Of a DNA stretch of 36,319 nt, positions 1-9,300 are shown piece by piece. The translations under genes and the position numbers were made by a program. The stretch's first letter is position 1. Every line of letters begins with the position of its first letter. The notes under the pieces were generated by a model. That model ran no database searches. It was not told the DNA's origin and saw nothing but the letters and a program-made list of their open reading frames with translations. The stretch is from the sequence record SRR22947727_1922. The stretch is one strand, 5' to 3'.

Positions 1-10
1 TGGACCTGAC
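1..10 (-). repeat. Direct-repeat copy of the tRNA-Ala 3' end (putative att site, truncated by window edge)
   Basis: TGGACCTGAC at 1-10 is identical to 1788-1797, within the tRNA-Ala 3' acceptor/T-arm region. Confidence 0.6.
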
Positions 11-63
11 AACAAACCAACACCCCAGTATTTAGGCGGGGTGCAGGGGTGTGAGGTATGAAA

Positions 64-87
64 TTCAGCCTATTTTTCAGCCAATTT
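64..87. repeat. 2 x 12-bp tandem direct repeat
   Basis: TTCAGCCTATTT (64-75) followed by TTCAGCCAATTT (76-87), one mismatch. Confidence 0.6.
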
Positions 88-178
88 CTCTGGCCTCAAA
101 TCAGGACTGCTGCCGCTTGGCCTGCGCGCACCCATGCTCCACTGTGTTCACGTGTGGGTGACGCTCTATAGTTATGGG

Positions 179-1762
179 GTGCGAATTGCGAAGCCGGTCT
201 CTGCCACTCTCGCATTGCTATTGGCCACAACGTTTCTTTCGGCGGTCGAACCCTCCCCGTCAGCGCATGCCGCTTTGCCTGACCAGACCGTCTACGATGA
301 CGGTTTACACGAGATGGGCCGCTGGACTGGCCAGTACGCATTTTCCGCCGACGGGCTTGGCGCCGTCGGAGAACCAAACTCCAGCGGGAACCTGCAGGTT
401 GAAAAGCCAACCGGTGCGACGACCGTGGAAGCGGCTTATCTCACTATGCCCAGCAAATACAACCTAAAGCCCTGGAGCCCAACGGCAACACTGAATGGGA
501 GTGCCGTCACTTTCACTCACCGAACGGGCGGCGCCAGCGAGACTTCGTGGCAGAACTGGTTAGCCGATGTGACAGATCTCGTATCGGGAACACTGGATGC
601 CGCGGTAGCAGGCGGGGCAAATACGGACATCGCCGCCATTTACGATTCGCGAATCGGTAACTCTAACGACACAGATGACGGTGGTGGATATACAGGGGTG
701 GCTCTCACCGTCATTTGGAATTCCACTTCTGCGGCGGCTGGGACGACCATCTTCCAATTTGGTCACGCCGCTACCGGTGGAGAAGAAACTGTGATCTCGT
801 TCGATGCGCTCCCTGCGGCCCCGACGGGTTCACGATTATCTCTTGGCATCGGTTGGTCCGCCGGTGGGGTATCCGAAATCACTGAGGTGGATATTTCGAC
901 TTCCAGTAGTAGCGCGACCGAACTAACTCGGTACGCCGGCGGTTACGACGACGGCGTCTCGAACAATGACGGATTCATCACCGTGGGTGGAGTGGGTGAC
1001 ACTGCCAAAAAACCGGCAGCGCTCAACTCCCTCGCCGACGATAAAGAGCTTTATGATCTCGATGATTTTTTTACCACCGGCGACACCTCGCTAACGATCA
1101 ACACCGCAAACCCGTCGGGTAACGACACAGTTTTCCAAATGCTTCTGTCCATCCCAGGGGTATTGGCAACGGAAACGGTCACCTTCAACTCGAACGGCGG
1201 CAGCGGAACTATGGCCGCCCAGACCGCAAGTTCAGCAACAAATTTGAGGACGAACTCCTTCAGCCGCGCGGGTTACGAATTTGCCGGTTGGAATACGCTG
1301 GCCGACGGGACAGGCACGGCGTACACGCAGAGTGAAAGCTATTCCTTTGCCGCCAGCATCACCCTCTACGCCCAATGGTCTGTCGCCCCAGCCGAAGCTG
1401 GCTCCAGCAGCACCGGAATCTTCCTATACCTCGCTGGGCGCCCAAGCTCCCCCGCTGAAGGCTCACCGGTCTACTACGGCTCGGTGAGCATCAAACCGAA
1501 CACCACCTACATCCTCAGCATCCAATCCGTGACAAACCCTGCTCTCACTAGAACAGTTCTCGCTACCGGAACAACGAATGACTGGGGTCATGCAGATAAA
1601 CGCATAGAAATGGGCAAACTTGCCCCTGGGACATACAAAGTAGTGATGACAGGTACACACCGTTTGGGCTACCCGTTAGTGCTCACCAACTACATCAGTG
1701 TTGACCGAAACGGAAACTTCATCTCACTCAGCCCAGAAAGCCTCCAACCAAGCCTGAGCTAG
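179..1762 (+). CDS. Secreted/surface protein with InlB B-repeat (Listeria-Bacteroides repeat, Flg_new) domain
   Basis: Signal peptide (RIAK + hydrophobic core + AHA). B-repeat motif TVTFNSNGGSG...F.RAGYEFAGWNT.ADGTG..Y...ITLYAQW. Start moved to GTG 179 because TATAGT sits 6 nt upstream (ORF is open from 134). Confidence 0.8.
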   Translation: MRIAKPVSATLALLLATTFLSAVEPSPSAHAALPDQTVYDDGLHEMGRWTGQYAFSADGLGAVGEPNSSGNLQVEKPTGATTVEAAYLTMPSKYNLKPWSPTATLNGSAVTFTHRTGGASETSWQNWLADVTDLVSGTLDAAVAGGANTDIAAIYDSRIGNSNDTDDGGGYTGVALTVIWNSTSAAAGTTIFQFGHAATGGEETVISFDALPAAPTGSRLSLGIGWSAGGVSEITEVDISTSSSSATELTRYAGGYDDGVSNNDGFITVGGVGDTAKKPAALNSLADDKELYDLDDFFTTGDTSLTINTANPSGNDTVFQMLLSIPGVLATETVTFNSNGGSGTMAAQTASSATNLRTNSFSRAGYEFAGWNTLADGTGTAYTQSESYSFAASITLYAQWSVAPAEAGSSSTGIFLYLAGRPSSPAEGSPVYYGSVSIKPNTTYILSIQSVTNPALTRTVLATGTTNDWGHADKRIEMGKLAPGTYKVVMTGTHRLGYPLVLTNYISVDRNGNFISLSPESLQPSLS

Positions 1763-1784
1763 GCGTACCACCGAGCAGGTTGGC

Positions 1785-1860
1785 TGGTGGACCTGACGGG
1801 AATTGAACCCGTGACCTCTTCATTGCGAACGAAGCGCGCTACCAACTGCGCCACAGGCCC
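1785..1860 (-). tRNA. tRNA-Ala(CGC), CCA encoded
   Basis: Reverse complement GGGCCTGTGGCGCAGTTGGTAGCGCGCTTCGTTCGCAATGAAGAGGTCACGGGTTCAATTCCCGTCAGGTCCACCA; cloverleaf, anticodon CGC, G3:U70. Confidence 0.97.
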
Positions 1861-1918
1861 GTGAATCAGTCAGAGTAGCACCAAGGGCCGTGTCACTCAC
1901 CCCTACTAAGGTCGTTCC

Positions 1919-2923
1919 ATGGAACCTCTACGCATCGGAATTCTCGGCGCCTCACGCATTGCCCCTAACGCTCTCTTCGCTCCAGCCTCATTCACCGGAG
2001 ACCATCTTGTAGCAGTCGCTTCGAGAGACATGGCGAAGGCTGAGACCTACGCCGCCACGCACGGTATCGCTCGAGTACTCCAGGATTATCGAGCCGTGAT
2101 CGATGACCCCGAGGTCGAGGTCATCTACAACCCCCTCGCAAACGGCCTTCACGCCCCGTGGAATATCGAGGCCATGAAAGCCGGCAAGCATGTGCTGAGC
2201 GAAAAGCCCTCTGCCAGCACCGCCGCAGAGGCCCAAAGGGTTCGTGACGTTCAGGCCGACACTGGCGCCCTGTTTATGGAGGCCTTCCACTACCGCTACC
2301 ACCCGGTGATGGACCGCATGGTCGAGCTTGCCACTTCGGGAGAGATTGGCACCCTGACTCACGTGGATATCGTCATGGGCTTCCCGCTCACCCGCCCCGA
2401 AGACCCCCGCTGGAACTTTGAGGTTGCCGGTGGTTCTCTCATGGATGTCGGGTGCTACGCCGTCCACGCACTTCGAACCCTCTCCTCAGCGCTCGGGGGA
2501 ACAATCGCCGTCACGGAGGCATCAGCACTCCCCCATGAGGCAGATAACCGCGTGGATGCCGAGCTCACCGCTGATCTCACCCTGTCCGACGGTGTCACCG
2601 GACACTTTCACTCAAGTTTCCTCTTGCCTGCGATGACCTTCACCCTTCTCCTGGAGGGCTCAGATGGATCAGCTTTCGCCCACAATTTCTGCCAACCGGC
2701 ACTGGATAACCGAATCACCATCACCCGGGGTGATGACGTGTCCATCGAAGAGCACGGTGATCGCAGCAGTTATACCTACCAACTGGAAGCTTTTGCTCGA
2801 CACGTGAGGGAGGGCGCGCCGATTCACTCTGACGCCGATGATGCTCTCGCACAAGCCACCGTTATGGATGCCTGCTACGAAGCCGCCGGATTACCACTGC
2901 GGCCAGAGACGACTCTGTCCTAA
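1919..2923 (+). CDS. Gfo/Idh/MocA family NAD(P)-dependent oxidoreductase
   Basis: RIGILGASRIA Rossmann start, GKHVLSEKP, GGSLMDVGCY motifs. Confidence 0.93.
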   Translation: MEPLRIGILGASRIAPNALFAPASFTGDHLVAVASRDMAKAETYAATHGIARVLQDYRAVIDDPEVEVIYNPLANGLHAPWNIEAMKAGKHVLSEKPSASTAAEAQRVRDVQADTGALFMEAFHYRYHPVMDRMVELATSGEIGTLTHVDIVMGFPLTRPEDPRWNFEVAGGSLMDVGCYAVHALRTLSSALGGTIAVTEASALPHEADNRVDAELTADLTLSDGVTGHFHSSFLLPAMTFTLLLEGSDGSAFAHNFCQPALDNRITITRGDDVSIEEHGDRSSYTYQLEAFARHVREGAPIHSDADDALAQATVMDACYEAAGLPLRPETTLS

Positions 2924-3669
2924 ACAGCCCGCCTGCGGCGGAGAACCTCATCGATATTGAGCTTCTCCAGCCTCTTGGTGGGAGCTTCCTCGCGGGACTC
3001 CAACTGAGACACCACTGCGAGACCTTCACCTGCGAAGTCCTCGGGACGGTTCTCCAGTGCCTTGGCGCGGGCCGCGCGCACGAGTTCATCGTGGCTGGGC
3101 AACGGAGTCGCCTCTGTCGCGACTTTGTTGGCCAAAGGCTCGGGCAAGGCAGGGGGTCGCCAGGCTGTTTCCGCAGCAACAGGAACGTGAACAGGGGAGC
3201 TTGCGCGAGCGTGGGCAACGGCGCCCGCCTCCGCTTTCGTCACGCGATTGAGGCGACCGAGAATCGCGAACGAGATCGTGCTGATGGTGCTGGATGCCCA
3301 AATAACCTGGAGAGGCCAGGCAGCAAGGTACGCGGTGACAGCTGAGGTAACGCCGAGGAGCAAAAGCAAGGAGAACACCTGCTTGGTGCGACGACGACGC
3401 TCCGCGGTGGTCAAGACTGGCGAGGACATCACTCGGAGTTGGCGTTGTGCTTCACGCTCTTTACGAGCAATGGAGCGCGCTTCGAGCTCAGCCTTGATCT
3501 CCGCAGACACTTCCGACGTGTTAGCCAAAAGGCGCAGTGTTTGGCCCAAACGGGCTGCGTTTCGCTCAGTCGCGTAGTACTCACTGCGCTTCAGCCACAG
3601 AGGAACGAGGTACACCAACCACAGGGCAGCTGCCAGAAGCAGCAGCAGGGTTGTGCCAGACGTTTCCAC
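2920..3669 (-). CDS. Conserved actinobacterial membrane protein (GlpR/SepX-like, Rv0996 position)
   Basis: N-terminal TM ending WLVYLVP, central RRRR plus two TMs, C-terminal RRRAV; sits downstream of rimJ/galU as in other Actinobacteria. Confidence 0.7.
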   Translation of the reverse strand: METSGTTLLLLLAAALWLVYLVPLWLKRSEYYATERNAARLGQTLRLLANTSEVSAEIKAELEARSIARKEREAQRQLRVMSSPVLTTAERRRRTKQVFSLLLLLGVTSAVTAYLAAWPLQVIWASSTISTISFAILGRLNRVTKAEAGAVAHARASSPVHVPVAAETAWRPPALPEPLANKVATEATPLPSHDELVRAARAKALENRPEDFAGEGLAVVSQLESREEAPTKRLEKLNIDEVLRRRRAV

Positions 3670-3722
3670 GGGCTCTAGGGTATGAGCTTTGGTGTCAAAA
3701 ACCCCGGATTGGCGCGCGATGC

Positions 3723-4382
3723 TTAGCGCGGGGGAAGAGACAGCGGGTTTCTGGCTTTCACCCAGTCCAGCTCAGGAATAGTGGCCACACCCGGGGGAAC
3801 GGCACCCTTTTCATAGCGAGCGAGCACCCCGGAAGGCACCTCTTCCACCACTAGAGCGAAACAGAAGTGGTCCGCCCACTTGCCATCAATATGGATATAG
3901 CGACGGCGGAAACCTTCGTAGCGAAAACCCAACTTCTCGACGACCCTCAGCGATGACGTGTTCTCCGGTCGAATACAGACCTCCATCCGGTGCAGGCCCT
4001 TTTCAAAGAACAGATAGTCGGTCGCCAGGGCAACTGCCACCGGGGTAATCCCGCGACCAGCGACCTTCTCCACTACCCAATACCCGAGGGTTGCGGACGA
4101 GAGCGAACCATAGGTGATCTGCGAGACATTGAGCTGTCCCACCAACTCGTGGTCATGCATCAAGACCATAGGCAGGGCACTGCCCTGCTTCGCGGCCTGA
4201 AGAAGGCCGCGAATACTGGACTTCGCGTCAAAACTATTCGGTCGAATCAGTGGAGTAGTGGCCTCCCAGGGGCTCAGCCATGCCCTGTTGTCCCCGAGCG
4301 CCTTCTCCATCGCTTTCGCATCACGCAGGCGAACACCGCGGAGCGTCACCAATCGGTGCTCGAGCGTGGGAAGAGCCGCCAT
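3723..4382 (-). CDS. rimJ: RimJ/RimL family GNAT N-acetyltransferase
   Basis: WLSPWE, LGYWV....GRG, LHRMEVCIRPENTSSLRVVEKLGFRYEG, HIDGKWADH. Confidence 0.88.
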   Translation of the reverse strand: MAALPTLEHRLVTLRGVRLRDAKAMEKALGDNRAWLSPWEATTPLIRPNSFDAKSSIRGLLQAAKQGSALPMVLMHDHELVGQLNVSQITYGSLSSATLGYWVVEKVAGRGITPVAVALATDYLFFEKGLHRMEVCIRPENTSSLRVVEKLGFRYEGFRRRYIHIDGKWADHFCFALVVEEVPSGVLARYEKGAVPPGVATIPELDWVKARNPLSLPPR

Positions 4383-5263
4383 TAGACGGAGCTAGTGAAG
4401 GTCTTCAACCAGGCGACAAAATCTGGTCCCAGATCATCTCTCGACGCAGCCACCTGAACAATGGCTTTCAGGTAATCCAGGCGATCACCGGTGTCATAGC
4501 GGCGACCGGTGAACACCACTCCATAGACTCCGCCGGCAACACCAGAGGAGGCCAGGGAGTTGAGCGCGTCCGTCAACTGGATTTCACCGCCGGAGCCGGG
4601 TTCTGTGGCCTCGAGGATTGGGAAAATATCGGGCTGGAGCACATAGCGACCAATGACGGCCAGGCGGGAGGGCGCATCCTTCGGGTCTGGCTTCTCCACC
4701 AGGCCTGTAATGCGGACGACGTCGGGAGCATCGGTTGCCTCCACGGTCGCAATGCCATAGAGGTGCGTCTGGTTCGGCTCCACCTCCATGAGTGCCACAA
4801 CGCTGGCAAAGTTTTGGTCGTGGACCTCAATCATCCGCTCCAGCAACACATCCCGCGGGTCAATCAGGTCATCACCGAGCAAGACAGCGAAAGGCTCCTG
4901 CCCCACATGCATTTGGGACCGGAGTACGGCGTGCCCAAGGCCTCGGGGGTCAAGCTGGCGCACGTAGTGCATGTTGGCGAGGTTCGTCGAGTGCAAAATC
5001 TCCTGCAAGCGACGTTTGTCACCTTTCTTTTCCAGCTGAGCTTCAATTTCGGTCGCCCGATCGAAGTGGTTCTCCAGAGCATTCTTGTTGCGCCCGGTGA
5101 TCATCAGGACATCGTGGAGGCCGGCATTGACGGCCTCTTCGACCACGTATTGAATCGCTGGCTTGTCGACAACCGGAAGCATCTCTTTGGGCATCGCCTT
5201 GGTGGCAGGCAAAAAGCGAGTGCCAAGGCCGGCGGCGGGGATCACTGCTTTGCTGATGGGCAT
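4382..5263 (-). CDS. galU: UTP--glucose-1-phosphate uridylyltransferase
   Basis: KAVIPAAGLGTRFLPATKAMPKEMLPVVDKP, GLGHAV, VEKP, GEIQLTDA; start at MPISK has TACGAT 6 nt upstream. Confidence 0.97.
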   Translation of the reverse strand: MPISKAVIPAAGLGTRFLPATKAMPKEMLPVVDKPAIQYVVEEAVNAGLHDVLMITGRNKNALENHFDRATEIEAQLEKKGDKRRLQEILHSTNLANMHYVRQLDPRGLGHAVLRSQMHVGQEPFAVLLGDDLIDPRDVLLERMIEVHDQNFASVVALMEVEPNQTHLYGIATVEATDAPDVVRITGLVEKPDPKDAPSRLAVIGRYVLQPDIFPILEATEPGSGGEIQLTDALNSLASSGVAGGVYGVVFTGRRYDTGDRLDYLKAIVQVAASRDDLGPDFVAWLKTFTSSV

Positions 5264-5298
5264 CCCCATATCGTACTGCCGAGCCTTACACTGGGGTA

Positions 5299-5883
5299 AT
5301 GGCGGAGCCCGCACATCCCAGCAAGGCCGCTTTGCGCGCGGAAATCCGCGAAAGACGCCGCATCATGACGCCGCTCGAGCGTGAACTCGCCGCCGACAAG
5401 CTTCTGACCAACATGAAGTTCATTGTTGATCAGTACGTCGCAGGACGTGTTGCCTGCTATCTCGCAGGTCAAGATGAACCCCCTACCCGGGCTTTTGTGG
5501 AGTGGGCGAGTGGCGAGGGCATTGCTGTTCTCGTCCCTGCTGCTCGCGAGGATGGACTCATGGACTGGGTGCTCTATGAAACCGGTGATGAGCTCATCCA
5601 GGACCACCTGGGTATCGATGTCCCGGAGAACACCGTCTATGGCCCCATTGTGCTGAGCAAGGTGGACCTCATCTTTGTCCCGGCAGCCTCGGTTGCGAAG
5701 GATGGCATGCGTTTGGGATGGGGGCGCGGGTATTTTGATCGGGCCCTGGGCGCACTGCAGAATGAAGCCCCCACCTACGCAGTGCTGTACGACCACGAGG
5801 TGGTCGAGGACGTCCCGCGCGAGGTGCACGACCAACCTGTTAAGGGTGTCGTGACGCCGGAGCGTATTATGACGTTTGCCTAA
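5299..5883 (+). CDS. 5-formyltetrahydrofolate cyclo-ligase
   Basis: KAALR start, DLIFVPA, GMRLGWGRGYFDR, PREVHDQPV..VVTP. Confidence 0.93.
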   Translation: MAEPAHPSKAALRAEIRERRRIMTPLERELAADKLLTNMKFIVDQYVAGRVACYLAGQDEPPTRAFVEWASGEGIAVLVPAAREDGLMDWVLYETGDELIQDHLGIDVPENTVYGPIVLSKVDLIFVPAASVAKDGMRLGWGRGYFDRALGALQNEAPTYAVLYDHEVVEDVPREVHDQPVKGVVTPERIMTFA

Positions 5884-5901
5884 CCTCGACTAAGGAATCC
5901 C

Positions 5902-6168
5902 ATGCCTACGTACTCTTACCGCTGCACTGCGTGCGATGTCGCCTTCGACATCGTGCAGGATTTCACGGACGAGTCCCTGACCGCGTGTGAAGCGTGTGGC
6001 GGAAAGTTGCGGAAGCTTTTCTCCGCGGTGGGTGTGACCTTCCAAGGCTCCGGCTTCTACCGGACAGATTCTCGTGCTGAGGCAAAGAAGTCTTCCTCTG
6101 CCACCACGGAGAAAAAAGCAGCTCCCAAGAAGGAGTCATCCAGTACTCCGGCGGCCACTACGACCTAA
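5902..6168 (+). CDS. FmdB family zinc-ribbon protein
   Basis: MPTYSYRCTAC...CEACGG...FQGSGFYRTDSR; SD TAAGGA upstream. Confidence 0.93.
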   Translation: MPTYSYRCTACDVAFDIVQDFTDESLTACEACGGKLRKLFSAVGVTFQGSGFYRTDSRAEAKKSSSATTEKKAAPKKESSSTPAATTT

Positions 6169-6335
6169 TAGTGAGGCGGCTTGTCCGCCTTCAGGCGGTC
6201 ATCGTTCTCTCGTGAATCGTGAGGGCCTTCGTGGTCCGGTTCCTCTCCCTGACCATCAGATGGTTCCGTCCGAACACGACGAGGGCCCACCTTTTTCACC
6301 TCGGGAGGGCTCGCATCCTCGGGCTTATTCGCCAT
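6165..6335 (-). CDS. Small conserved hypothetical protein (56 aa, ends ...DKPPHY)
   Basis: ATG at 6335 overlaps the end of the upstream helicase-like gene; C-terminal NDDRLKADKPPHY resembles small actinobacterial proteins ending PPH[W/Y]. Confidence 0.7.
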   Translation of the reverse strand: MANKPEDASPPEVKKVGPRRVRTEPSDGQGEEPDHEGPHDSRENDDRLKADKPPHY

Positions 6336-9300
6336 CAGAGTGAGACGGGGCGTCAGTCTTGGCACCCACCAAGACGCCAATCCGCTCCGCTACGGCATCG
6401 GGAGTGGTGAAGAGCTCCAGGGCAAAAGCTCGGACATAGTGCCAGCCGGAGCGAGCAAGGGCTGCGGGTCGTGCGCGCAGTGCTTCTCGGACCGGCATGG
6501 ACATGAGTGACTGATCCGTGTCCAGGGCAATGCAATAGCCACCGTAGTGGGCCACAAGGGGGATGACTCCTCGGTAGCCAAGCTCCACACTCATTCCCAT
6601 CGCTTCAAGGCGCTTGGCGAGATCCACCAGAAGAGGGTCAGGGTCAGAGTTTGACTCAGGCGTCAACTGTGGTGACTCGAGGAGATGGAGTACATCACCC
6701 AACGCTCTGGTCGTCGGGCTCAGGCGCTCATCGCGCAGGTCCTCCAGGGCAACACAACTCAACACCCGCAGGTGGCGCCTCGCACTGGTGAAGACCCCTG
6801 CGAGCAGGCGCTCCCCACCCTCTTTCGAGAGCGGACCAAGGTCACTCACCACGCGACCGTGCGGGGTTCGTCCATACCCGAGCGAGAAAATCACGCGGTC
6901 CCTGGTGAAACCGCGGGCCTGATCGAGTGTGGCCACCACGAAAGGCTCGGTGGAGTCAGAAGTCATGAAGCTCGCCAACTCACTGCGCGTCTGAGCTGCC
7001 ACCGACACTGCTTCGTGGACTCGGCTCGCGTGCTTCGCGCTCGCCGTCAAAACCATGAGGGACTCGGTGGGTCTGGTCACGACGTGATCAATCACGTGGT
7101 CCACCACGGCGTTGACCTCAGCATCAACGCCTTCGACGAGGCCACTCTGGGGGTCTGGCATCCCATGGCCATCCTCCAGGTGGTCAACAACCAGGGAGGG
7201 GTGACCCAGGTAGCTTCCTGCCCACGGCATGGTCTTCTGGAGTCCGCCATAGAACGCCGTATTCATCACGCGCGCGAGTTCATCACCACTGGCCCGATAG
7301 CTCCTCGTCAACGACAGGGTGGATACAAGGGGAGCAAGTGCCGCATAGAGCGAATCTTCGTGGCGAGAATCGCCATCTTGGGAAGTGTTTTCCCGCTCAT
7401 CTCGGACCCCCAGAGCGAAATCGGTGGGGGTTTGAGATACCGGGTCGCCCACAGCAACCACCTGGGGGGCACGGCGAAGTGCTCCCACAGATTCAGCAAG
7501 ACTGAGTGCACCGGCATCCATCACGACCACCACGTCGAAGCGGAGCGAGTCGGGCATGCGGTGCACGCTGTAGGGGGTGGCAATCCACACCGGGGCGAGG
7601 GCTTTCGTGAGGTGCGGGGTGAGCGCGGTCAGACTGTGAACACTCGCGGTCTGGTTCGTGAGTATTTTCTTCAGGTCTTTGGCTTCCTCAGGCCAATCCA
7701 TCAAGCCCAGAGACCACCGCTCTGCAAGCTGCCAGGCAAGGTGTTGAGCGTTGCCTCCGGCGTGAGCCTCATCCACGAGGCGGAAGTCCGCTTCAAGGCG
7801 CACGAGGACGTCCTTATCGGAGCCGAGCAGCGCTTCCTCTTTCCCGAGGATCGTCTCCAGTGCTCCTCGCCACCAGGCCAGCTCCAATTCGGCAGCAACC
7901 GCGTCACCCTCAATGTGGCGCGTGGCGAGGTCTTCCACCAGTGGACCCAGGTGCATCTGCTCGAGGTGGTCTTGCACCTCTCGGCGACGCTCCAGGCTTT
8001 GCAAAATTTCGGACTCTTGGGCGAGCTCCTCCAACAGAGTCAGCATCTGCAGCGCGGGCATATCGGCGAGACGCTCCCCTTTGCCGGTGCGACCGAGCAC
8101 GCGGTCTAGCTCCTGAAGGTCTTGCTCAATCTGGGTGACCAGCACGTGCACATCAGCAAGACCTGCGGGAACACTGGGCTGGTGGCCGGTGTCAACATAG
8201 CGGTTCCACAACTCGCGCTGAGATTGGATCTTGACCAAGGACTCATGCAGGTCGGGGACCGAGACACCCGGACGCACGTGCTCTTTAGCCAGGCCCTTCA
8301 AACGCTGACGCTGGAGTCTGGGCATCGTCTTGGCAAGCTCTTTGGGCCCCGTTGCTGTGATCAAGTCTTTGAGAGAGCGATCAAAGACGCTCGGCTGGAA
8401 GCGATCTAGTGTGTCGCGCATATCCATCAGCAGGTGAACAAAGACACCCATCTGACCGATCGTGGTCACCGAGGGGAGCGGTGTCTGCTCCAGCAGCGGT
8501 GGGAACTTCTCGAGCAGCCTCGGCACGGCGTCAGAGGAAAGACGGCGTGCACGCTCCTGAGACTTTCGCGCATCCTCAACATTGGCGAAGGTGACCCCGT
8601 ACCACGGGCTATCCGCTGGCCCGTATTTGAACTCCCCAAGCTCTGCTGCACGACGGAGCAGTTCCGCTGCTTGGCCGAGGCCTTTCGAGAGTGCCTCGAG
8701 CGCTTCGGCATCAAGGCGTGCAGTGGTCTCCGGTGGGTTTTCACGCAATGAGAGAGTTCCCAGCCGGGTAAAGCACTCGAGAGCGCTCACACCTAAAGTG
8801 GCGTCCTTCTTGGCTAGTGCCTCCCGATACTTGAGAATCACTTTCCGCAAGCGCTCATACGCCTGATCCACTTGACCGAGGGAGGGCTTTTTCGCTTTCT
8901 CATTGCGCCCGATGGACGCGATGATGTCTCTCGCGGGTTTGGAGAGTTCCACCGCCATCCCCTGGAGCCCTACCTGGGCGAGGCGATCTTTGATCGCGTC
9001 GCTGGTCGCAGTGCGCGGTGTGACCAGGAGAACTCTCTTGTGCTTCGACACCAGTGCACCCAGCGCATTGACAACTGTTTGGGTCGCACCCGTTCCCGGC
9101 AGTGCCCGAACGACTAGCGAATTGCCGGCGACAATGTTCTGGACGATAGCGTCCTGTTCGCTATCGGAATCCACAATGGAGCGGTCAGTATCAGCGGGTT
9201 TGGAGTCAGGGTGGACGATCTCGACGGGAACCCGCGAGTTCCGTAGCTCCTGGATAGCGTGGTCGTTCCCACCGAGGGCATCCAGGATGGGGTGCTGCAA

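Noticed and set aside
6685-8109. 474-aa plus-strand ORF and other long antisense ORFs (4280-5299, 25099-26409, 22163-23170, 23145-24125)
   Set aside because: Shadow frames opposite well-supported genes, typical of high-GC codon bias, with no recognisable motifs
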